Shown here in pieces: positions 16,080-22,991 of a stretch of 27,098 nucleotides of DNA. A program made the translations under genes and the position numbers. Numbering within the stretch: position 1 is the stretch's first letter; each line of letters opens with the position of its first letter. The notes below the pieces were generated by a model. That model was given only the letters and a program-made list of their open reading frames with translations. It was not told where the DNA came from and searched no databases. This DNA comes from a virus (taxonomy: Duplodnaviria > Caudoviricetes), in the IMG/VR virus record IMGVR_UViG_3300010376_000704, positions 1-27,098 of that record. One strand, written 5' to 3'.

Positions 16080-17521
16080 AAGGAGAGAGCAACGATTCCG
16101 TATGCAGGCACAATGGTAACGGCCGTCGCAGTGTTTGGAGTGGATGCCTCAAACTGCATCGTGCGGGTACGCAGCATTCCCTGTGTCAGCGAAAACTCCT
16201 GCCCACGCAGGGAACGGATGCCGAGGTTGTCCATGCGGATCACAGTGCTGATGGCCTTATCGCCGGGATTGATCAGCACCATGTCGTCAGCGTTCGCGGT
16301 ATAGAATGTCGCACCGATGAGACCGGCGGGCAGTGCCGGCGTGGGCAGCACGGTTGCACCGGTCTCTAGCCCCAGGTACACAGGGTCAGTGAAAAGCTGA
16401 TAGGCCGCATATTGAGGGTAAGTCTGGAAGGTCTGGCCGCTCGCTGGCAGTTGGCAATTCATCTGGTCGTTGAGAATCCCCAACAGGCAAAAGTAGTTTT
16501 TCGAGTCACTGGCCATGAAGAACACTAAGCGATCAGGGAGGCGCTGCGCGCCATCGTTGACAACGTTCATCCAATCAGTGACGGCGATAGCGTTCCATAG
16601 CGCTCCATAAGCGTTGGAACTTTGGCAGCAAGTCGGCTTGTAGGCCCAATTCGAGTTGTACTCAGTGATATAAATGGGTGTCGTCGCAGCGTTCGGCTGT
16701 TTGCCAGCGCGGACATATCGCTCTGTGTCCCGATAGTAATAGCTCAGTCCATTGGCGCCTTGCGTGGCTTTGAGCAGATAGGGCCAATCCATCCTTTGAT
16801 CGATGTCCCACTGCCCGGTGATGTACAAATGCCACGAGTAAAAATCGACATAAGGCGCAGTACGGCTATCGCCCAGGAAGGCAGGTATCCATGTGGCATT
16901 GTTAGGCGCTGGCGATGCCAATGCGGGACCGCCGACCATTCCTCCCGGCTTGAGCGTTTTCTTTACTGCGGGCGCGGCTGCGGCGTAAATGCTGAGGTAA
17001 TTATTCAACGGATCCGAACTGCACAGCGACACGCTGGAATCAGGCTCATTCCAGATTTCGTATTTCTGGCCGGGATACAGGCTTTCGACGTGCGCGCTAA
17101 GTTCGGCGGCATACTTTGCCCACTGGTTGACATCGGTAGGCATGGCGCAATAGCTCGAACCCAGGTTCGGCGGGGTTCCGGTGATGACGATGATGGGCGA
17201 CAATCCCGCTTGCGTTCCACGCGCGAGTTGCCCGTCAAAAGCCGTGAAATTGGCCGAACCCGTCTTATAGAACACGTCGAGCGGGGCGAATATGCGGTTG
17301 CCCAAGAGTTGAATCGAGGTAATCTTGCGAATACCTTCAGCATCGCTCAAAGTAGAACCCACGCCACCAGCCCCAAAGTACATCGCGGGCATGAGTGCGC
17401 CGCCCTTGCGGTTGGCGAAATCGACCGCAATTTTCTGCGGCCTCGGACCGCCGGACAGCCAGAGCACAAGCAAAACGGTCACGGTCACGGCCAGGATGAT
17501 GAGTGCCAGTGTCTTTTTCAT
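16070..17521 (-). CDS. Exported or membrane-anchored glycoside hydrolase, clan GH-A (GH39-like)
   Basis: N-terminal hydrophobic anchor; acid/base YEIWNEPD, VGGPA, DFYSWHLY, nucleophile IYITEYN. Confidence 0.85.
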   Translation of the reverse strand: MKKTLALIILAVTVTVLLVLWLSGGPRPQKIAVDFANRKGGALMPAMYFGAGGVGSTLSDAEGIRKITSIQLLGNRIFAPLDVFYKTGSANFTAFDGQLARGTQAGLSPIIVITGTPPNLGSSYCAMPTDVNQWAKYAAELSAHVESLYPGQKYEIWNEPDSSVSLCSSDPLNNYLSIYAAAAPAVKKTLKPGGMVGGPALASPAPNNATWIPAFLGDSRTAPYVDFYSWHLYITGQWDIDQRMDWPYLLKATQGANGLSYYYRDTERYVRAGKQPNAATTPIYITEYNSNWAYKPTCCQSSNAYGALWNAIAVTDWMNVVNDGAQRLPDRLVFFMASDSKNYFCLLGILNDQMNCQLPASGQTFQTYPQYAAYQLFTDPVYLGLETGATVLPTPALPAGLIGATFYTANADDMVLINPGDKAISTVIRMDNLGIRSLRGQEFSLTQGMLRTRTMQFEASTPNTATAVTIVPAYGIVALSLRQ

Positions 17522-17566
17522 AGTGCGATTTTACGGCCGCTGGCAAGGCGAGTTGACCGAATAAGC

Positions 17567-17731
17567 TTAACGGATGAGCAGGTTATGCCCGGAACCGAAG
17601 AGAAGCAGGAAGACCAGTAGGCCGAAGGCAAAGCAGATCCGACCTGTCTCCTGCGCTTTGGCATTTGCGGCGAGCAGGTAAATAATCAGTCCGAGAATGC
17701 AGACCAGCAGGGGAAGCAGTATCACGATCAT
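17567..17731 (-). CDS. Small 2-TM membrane protein (54 aa, MIVILLPLLVCILGLIIYLLAANAKAQETGRICFAFGLLVFLLLFGSGHNLLIR)
   Basis: GGAGG RBS; two hydrophobic helices. Not in the ORF track. Confidence 0.75.
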   Translation of the reverse strand: MIVILLPLLVCILGLIIYLLAANAKAQETGRICFAFGLLVFLLLFGSGHNLLIR

Positions 17732-17766
17732 GGTTTTTTCAACCTCCGATTCTGAGATGCGGATTT

Positions 17767-17910
17767 TGCTAAACTAAGAAAAGCCCTGCCAGCGTCCAAC
17801 CGGCAGGGGCAGTAGATACTACCGAAGCAGTACCCTGATTAGCGCAACGATAGCCAGCAAAAACCTGACTATCAGAGAAAGCCAGTCGTACAAACTGGCT
17901 TTTCTTTTTT
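17767..17910 (+). ncRNA. Candidate antisense antitoxin sRNA (about 130 nt) with its promoter
   Basis: Extended -10 TGcTAAACT (17767-17775); terminator aaagccagt/actggcttt + T-tract (17878-17910); antisense to the 31-aa ORF. Confidence 0.5.
17776..17810 (-). terminator. Terminator of the 31-aa peptide transcript
   Basis: ccctgcc/ggcaggg stem followed on the minus strand by cttttctt. Confidence 0.6.
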
Positions 17911-17914
17911 CCAC
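17819..17914 (-). CDS. 31-aa hydrophobic peptide, type I toxin-like (MEKRKASLYDWLSLIVRFLLAIVALIRVLLR)
   Basis: GTG start with GGAGG RBS, single amphipathic/TM helix, own terminator, overlapping antisense unit. Confidence 0.6.
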   Translation of the reverse strand: MEKRKASLYDWLSLIVRFLLAIVALIRVLLR

Positions 17915-18026
17915 TAAAAACCTCCGTTTCTCCTGCACCGATTTTTCAATCGACGCAAGCCCTTGCCGCGCGCGGAAGGTGGACGACGAAACGGAGAACT
18001 GCGTTTCTCATTCTACAATCGGGCGC

Positions 18027-18737
18027 ATGGTCTGCCGAAACCTGGAACCGAGTGACCGACTGCCCTGGACGACAGACGAAATGGGATGGCGCCGGGAGCA
18101 GCTGGACAGGCGTACTGTCTGGGTAGCAATCGCGCCGGATTCGCAGTCGATTCGCGGCATGGTGATTGCCGCAGAAGTACACCAGACGCTATTGATTCTC
18201 CGGATGCTGGGCAGCGGCGGTGCCTGGATACGTCCTTTGTGGCGTCATATTCGGCTCGCATGTTTCCAGCGACAAATTACATCCTTCTGGACATTTGCCG
18301 ACAATGAGAGGCAGGCAGAAGCGCGCCTTATCCGGTTGCTGAAGAAAGACACGGCGACAACAGGCGAGTGGAAGCCAGCGCAGATGTTTGCGTTTGCGGG
18401 GATCTGGAATGCCATTCCTGGCCGGACTAGCTCCATTACTAACGGCGGTAGCGGCGGCGGGTTCGCTGGCAGCGACGGGCTACGAATTGGCGAACCAACC
18501 TTCTTCTGCGACGGACGCGAAGCAAGTACAGGCGCAGACGGCGGCAGAGAAGGCGGCGCTGCAACAGCAGCAGAAAACGGCGTTTCTGGCAGCACAGCCG
18601 GGCATCCAATCGCAGACCAGCGGATCATTGACGCCGACCGCGTTCAACGCGCTGACGGCGACGACGGCGGGAGTACCTTCCGATCTAAACTCTTTACTCA
18701 GATTTTTGGGGACGGGAGCAGGAACGGGAACAGGTAG
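18027..18737 (+). CDS. GNAT-fold-like protein in the position of T7 gp13-like genes, with a C-terminal extension overlapping the next gene
   Basis: Alpha/beta pattern (VWVAI...IRGMVIAAE...LLILRM...ARLIRLL); TACAAT -10 lies 7 nt before ATG 18027; precedes the ejection genes. Confidence 0.55.
   Translation: MVCRNLEPSDRLPWTTDEMGWRREQLDRRTVWVAIAPDSQSIRGMVIAAEVHQTLLILRMLGSGGAWIRPLWRHIRLACFQRQITSFWTFADNERQAEARLIRLLKKDTATTGEWKPAQMFAFAGIWNAIPGRTSSITNGGSGGGFAGSDGLRIGEPTFFCDGREASTGADGGREGGAATAAENGVSGSTAGHPIADQRIIDADRVQRADGDDGGSTFRSKLFTQIFGDGSRNGNR
18253..18305 (+). promoter_or_regulatory. Conserved regulatory motif copy 3 (intragenic) with weak -35/-10
   Basis: ggctcgca-tgt-ttccagcgac-aaa-TTACAT-17-GACAAT. 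Confidence 0.5.
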
Positions 18738-18837
18738 CGCGCCGGTATCAGGCGGACTGACGGGAACCACCGGACAAACAGGACAACCAACGAGCACAGA
18801 CTTGCAGACGCTCTCCGATCTGCTGAAGGCGGCATAG
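18409..18837 (+). CDS. Putative ejection/internal virion protein
   Basis: Hydrophobic A/G-rich N-terminus followed by a Q/A-rich helix, typical of pilot proteins. Confidence 0.7.
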   Translation: MPFLAGLAPLLTAVAAAGSLAATGYELANQPSSATDAKQVQAQTAAEKAALQQQQKTAFLAAQPGIQSQTSGSLTPTAFNALTATTAGVPSDLNSLLRFLGTGAGTGTGSAPVSGGLTGTTGQTGQPTSTDLQTLSDLLKAA

Positions 18838-18839
18838 CG

Positions 18840-19442
18840 ATGGAGATGCTTACGAGTTTAGGCAGTTTTCTGAGCAGCAATTCAGCGCCGTTGAATTCGC
18901 TTCTCGGCATAGCCGGCGCGGGAACGAATATCTATTCCGGCATCCAGCAAATGCAGGAAAACAACCGGCTGCTGGGAGCACAGAAGTACGTCACCAGCCT
19001 GTTGCAGAATCCGACGAAGATGGCCGCAGCGACCGCCGGTTACACGCAACCACTGACAGCGGGACTGACAAGCGATATCACGAACCAGGTGCAGGCGAAC
19101 CTGGCCGAGCGCGGCATGGGATCTTCGCCGGCTGCATTTACGCAGCAGCTTACCCAGGCGCTTGCGCCGTACATCCAGCAGAACCAGCAGACAGGACTGA
19201 ATGCCCTGATGCAATCGCTGGGCCTGTTGAACAACCAGCGGACTGTAGCTTCGCCCTTTATGGACATTTCAAAACTGCTGGCACAGCTGAAGATTCCGCA
19301 GGCGGCGCCGGATTCGATGTCTGACCTGTTCGGGAGCGCAGATCCGCTGATGCTGGCTCCTCCGCCGTCATCCGTGACCCTGCCGGCCGGCGCTTTGCTG
19401 CCGAGCCTGCCAGCGCCGAGCGCGCCGGACATGGGGGATTAG
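18840..19442 (+). CDS. Putative ejection/internal virion protein
   Basis: G/A/S-rich N-terminus, LAERGMGSS motif, Q-rich. Confidence 0.7.
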   Translation: MEMLTSLGSFLSSNSAPLNSLLGIAGAGTNIYSGIQQMQENNRLLGAQKYVTSLLQNPTKMAAATAGYTQPLTAGLTSDITNQVQANLAERGMGSSPAAFTQQLTQALAPYIQQNQQTGLNALMQSLGLLNNQRTVASPFMDISKLLAQLKIPQAAPDSMSDLFGSADPLMLAPPPSSVTLPAGALLPSLPAPSAPDMGD

Positions 19443-19446
19443 CGAC

Positions 19447-20958
19447 ATGGCAGCAGGAGCGATTTTCGGCGCACTGAGCGGACTGGCGAACCTGGGCGAG
19501 CAAAAAGCCGAAGCATCGCAAATAGCCAGCGACGAGATAGTACGCCGTCTTTTGCAGAAGCAGCAGACGCAGGCATTCCGGACGCAGCAGCAGGAAGCAG
19601 CCGAGCGAATGCGCGAAGGCAATCTTCGCCAGCAGGAAACAAGCCAGCGTCTGCTGACGGGAAAGCAGCTGATACCGCTGGGAACGGCGTTTGTATCCGG
19701 CGGGAAACAGTTCCAGCGCTTCCAGAACCCGCTGACCGGGGAAATATCAATCCAGGAGCTTGCCGGGCCGATTCCGGAAACGCCGGAAGAGCAGATGAAT
19801 CGCGCATTGACGGCAATCGGCTATACGGAGGCGGACCGCCGCGACATCATCAACCGCAAGTTCGGTGGAAAGTTGACGGAAGACAAGCTAATAGAGCCAG
19901 ACCCAAACAGCTACACAGGATTTAGCGCGGTCCGCAGAGATGAATACGGGAACAAAATATGGTCAGTACCAGCACTTCCGCCGCGCTTCATGGCACCGAC
20001 CGAGACGACGGGTACGACGACCGATCCGGCAACTGGCTTGACGACGACGCGAACCAACATCCGGCGGCCGCTGATTCCCGGCGTGACCGGGCCAGTTGCC
20101 CTGCCGTCGTCTATACCGCGCACAGTACCGTCTGGGGGCGCTTCTGGCGCGCCGGGGAGCGGTCAGGCTACCATCCCCGCCGCCAATCTCCCGAAGCCGC
20201 AGGGCGCGCCTGTTACGGGACCGGGCACCGCACCAGGCGGACCGATCCAACCCGCAGCCGGACCAATGAACGTAGGTCCGTTCCGAGGACTGGACGCACA
20301 AGGCGAAATTCCGCCACGGCCGGGATTGCCAGATCCGATCCGGCAATACGCAAATGACATTCTGACTGGCCGCGATGTCTCGAAGATTCCGCAGCGTCTT
20401 CGCGGGCTGGCTGAATCATGGGCGCGCGCTTACGGCTGGAAGGGTCAGGGTTCGCTGACGCCGGCACAGCAAATGCAGATTCAGCAGGTAGATAATTCGC
20501 TGCGCGCCATCTCGACACCGGAAGTTTTGAAACTGTTCGATTCGCCCTGGGCCGTGGAAATGTCAACCCTGCCGGTAGACCCGAAGACTGAAGGTGGATT
20601 TACCGGACTGATACAGGCGCTTCAGCGTAAGGCGATTCCCCAGGAATATGCCGATTACATGGACAAGCTGATACGTCTGCGCGGCGTGATTGCCGGCATT
20701 CGCGGATTTACCGGAGCGAACAATAGCAACGCGACGGCGGACAGACTGCTGGCGGAACTGCCGAACTTCAACAACACCAAGAACGGACAGGACGCAGCGA
20801 CAAAGTTGAGTCAGCTGCGAACGGAAATTTCGATCATTAAGCGTCTGGGCTACTTCGTCCCCGACGACCAGGCGCCGCAACCGCAGGCGCAGCCAGCCGA
20901 TCAAAACGCGCCGCCACCAGGCGCTAAAGTAAGGGACTTCAGCCAGCTTGGACCCTAG
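19447..20958 (+). CDS. Putative ejection/internal virion protein
   Basis: 503 aa; MAAGAIFGALSGLA start, coiled coil, P-rich linker, helical C-terminal domain. Confidence 0.7.
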   Translation: MAAGAIFGALSGLANLGEQKAEASQIASDEIVRRLLQKQQTQAFRTQQQEAAERMREGNLRQQETSQRLLTGKQLIPLGTAFVSGGKQFQRFQNPLTGEISIQELAGPIPETPEEQMNRALTAIGYTEADRRDIINRKFGGKLTEDKLIEPDPNSYTGFSAVRRDEYGNKIWSVPALPPRFMAPTETTGTTTDPATGLTTTRTNIRRPLIPGVTGPVALPSSIPRTVPSGGASGAPGSGQATIPAANLPKPQGAPVTGPGTAPGGPIQPAAGPMNVGPFRGLDAQGEIPPRPGLPDPIRQYANDILTGRDVSKIPQRLRGLAESWARAYGWKGQGSLTPAQQMQIQQVDNSLRAISTPEVLKLFDSPWAVEMSTLPVDPKTEGGFTGLIQALQRKAIPQEYADYMDKLIRLRGVIAGIRGFTGANNSNATADRLLAELPNFNNTKNGQDAATKLSQLRTEISIIKRLGYFVPDDQAPQPQAQPADQNAPPPGAKVRDFSQLGP

Positions 20959-22728
20959 ATGCCAGACCAGTTTCAGTACGTGCGACTGCCGGACGGCAGT
21001 TACGGCAAATTCGCCGCAAACGCGACGGACGCGCAGATTCGCGCACAAATAGCGAAGAATTTTACCAGCATTCCCGCGAAGACGCAGCCGGCAGACACGT
21101 TCAAACTGATGTCAGAAAAGCCCCCGGAGAATGCGCGCTTTCCGGCGCTGGGCCGGACGGGATACCGAGCAGCGGACTTTTTGCTAAATCTTCTCCCTGG
21201 CGCTGGCGCCGCACTTGGCGGTATGCAGGTGGAAACCGGACCGGGCGCGGCCGCAGCTGCGGCGCTGGGCGGCATGACCGGAGAGCGAGCACAGCGCTAC
21301 CTTCAGGATTTGCTGTACAAAGACCTTCCCAGCCAGACCGCGCGCGAGGCGCTGACCTCGATGGGGACGCAGGGCATTCTGGGCACAATGCAGGAGTTTG
21401 GAGCACGTCTGCCGGGAAAACTTGTCGCACCAGCTATGCGCGCCCTATTAAAATCGGCGGAAACAATTCCGACAGAAGCGGAAAGCACAACCATATCCGG
21501 ACGCGCGCGCCAATGGCTGATGAATAAGCTGTCTCCGGTAGAGCGGTCAGCGCCGGCGTCCGGTCCGCTGACGCCTGGGCAGGCGACAGGAAACAAGATG
21601 CTGCAAACTGCTGAATCAACGCTGGAACACTGGCCGGGATCCGCCGGCCAGATGGAGAAAATGGACGCCCGGCAGTTGGCCTATGTAAATCAGGCATTTG
21701 ACGAACAACTGAATGCGATAAGCAAACAGAACTTGTCACAGCAACAGACGGCAGAACAGATACAGAAACTTGTGAAAGGCGCAGAAGAAAAGGCAACACG
21801 ACAGGCAGAAGACGCCTATAAGGCGGCCTACGGCAAGGTGAAGACAACGCTGGGAATACCGCAGGATGCGACAAAAGATGAGATAGAAGCATTTATGAAG
21901 CAGCGTGCGAATCCAGCGTCCGTCTATGACCCCTATCTGAAACAGAATTTCACTTTACCAGGCAAAGACGTATCGGTAGCGCGCGAACAACTCGCAAATG
22001 CGGACAGATTGTTTCAGGCAGAAAAAAACCGCATACGATCTAAATTTGCGATGCGGATTATCAACACCGACAATCCGGAGTTGATCTATGGATACTTCGC
22101 TAAAGGCGGATCGAGACAGGCCGGCATTCTGAGAGCGATGCCCCCGCAAGTGCGGCAGAATGTTGCGCGTAATGTCTTGGAAAATTTCATCGCCCCGGCG
22201 CGCGAGGTGACAGCAGGCGAAACGCCGGGAGAGATTCTAAGTGTGGCGAAACTTTCAAAATCGCTGGACGACGGATTGAGAGCATTGGAAAAAAATGGCG
22301 GAAAGAGCTACGCCAGCACAATTTTTGATGATCAGTACGACAAGATCATTCAAGCGAACCAATACCTCAAAACGATTGCCAAATCGGAAAGCGGTCTTAG
22401 CGGGAAGATGCACATAGCGGCGCTGCTGACCGAGTTAATTGGAATCCCCGCGACAACCCTCAGCGCGGGACTTATGAGCGGTCATCCGATGGAAGGAGCG
22501 ATGGCCGGAATGGTGGCCGGGCCAGCTGCGGCGGCATTGGACTACATGGCGATGAAGACGTTCGCCTGGGCGCTGACCAATCCAGAGAAAAGCGCAACGC
22601 TATTGCGATTACTGCGCGGGGCTGCGGCGACAGCGGTAAGGGGAGGATTTGCGGTAGGACAAGAACTACAAAGCAGTCCGGCGTACTATCCGTTGCCGAA
22701 ATTGGAAATGCCGAGCGCGCAGCCATGA
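20959..22728 (+). CDS. Putative large ejection protein (P22 gp16-like position)
   Basis: N-terminal VRLPDG...F...ATDAQI motif common in podovirus ejection proteins; glycine-zipper segments. Confidence 0.7.
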   Translation: MPDQFQYVRLPDGSYGKFAANATDAQIRAQIAKNFTSIPAKTQPADTFKLMSEKPPENARFPALGRTGYRAADFLLNLLPGAGAALGGMQVETGPGAAAAAALGGMTGERAQRYLQDLLYKDLPSQTAREALTSMGTQGILGTMQEFGARLPGKLVAPAMRALLKSAETIPTEAESTTISGRARQWLMNKLSPVERSAPASGPLTPGQATGNKMLQTAESTLEHWPGSAGQMEKMDARQLAYVNQAFDEQLNAISKQNLSQQQTAEQIQKLVKGAEEKATRQAEDAYKAAYGKVKTTLGIPQDATKDEIEAFMKQRANPASVYDPYLKQNFTLPGKDVSVAREQLANADRLFQAEKNRIRSKFAMRIINTDNPELIYGYFAKGGSRQAGILRAMPPQVRQNVARNVLENFIAPAREVTAGETPGEILSVAKLSKSLDDGLRALEKNGGKSYASTIFDDQYDKIIQANQYLKTIAKSESGLSGKMHIAALLTELIGIPATTLSAGLMSGHPMEGAMAGMVAGPAAAALDYMAMKTFAWALTNPEKSATLLRLLRGAAATAVRGGFAVGQELQSSPAYYPLPKLEMPSAQP

Positions 22729-22884
22729 ATCCAGACGGGCAAGGTAGGCATTGCGCCAGACAGGGGGGGGCGCAGCCTTTTTGTTGCTACTGTCAGCGTC
22801 AAGACAGGCGATAAAAAAATATATCCAGGGAGCGAAGAAAATCAGAAGGGGAACGCAGATCACGAAAACCACAAAAAGTTCCAT
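22666..22884 (-). CDS. Small membrane protein (72 aa, MELFVVFVICVPLLIFFAPWIYFFIACL...)
   Basis: Hydrophobic N-terminus; TATACT -10 lies 7 nt upstream of ATG 22884; AT-rich insert. Confidence 0.55.
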   Translation of the reverse strand: MELFVVFVICVPLLIFFAPWIYFFIACLDADSSNKKAAPPPVWRNAYLARLDSWLRARHFQFRQRIVRRTAL

Positions 22885-22901
22885 GACATTAAGTATATAA
22901 C

Positions 22902-22929
22902 AAGAAATTTTAAGAAATTTTAAGAAAAT
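22902..22929. repeat. 10-bp phased AT-rich tandem repeat between divergent genes
   Basis: aagaaatttt-aagaaatttt-aagaaaat. Confidence 0.55.
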
Positions 22930-22934
22930 CAGTC

Positions 22935-22954
22935 GGTTCGGCCTTTCCAGCGAC
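22935..22954 (+). promoter_or_regulatory. Conserved regulatory motif copy 4 (degenerate)
   Basis: ggttcggcctttccagcgac; 13-nt core cctttccagcgac is identical to copy 2; lies 37 nt before the tailspike ATG. Confidence 0.45.
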
Positions 22955-22991
22955 GGCCCAGCTTTCAGACCTACGATGGGGGCAGTGTCGC

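Noticed and set aside
15864-16304. 146-aa ORF as a real protein
   Set aside because: After codon ~45 it is frameshifted read-through running antisense into the GH39-like gene.
16622-17620. 332-aa + strand ORF
   Set aside because: Antisense shadow of the GH39-like gene, which has clear catalytic motifs.
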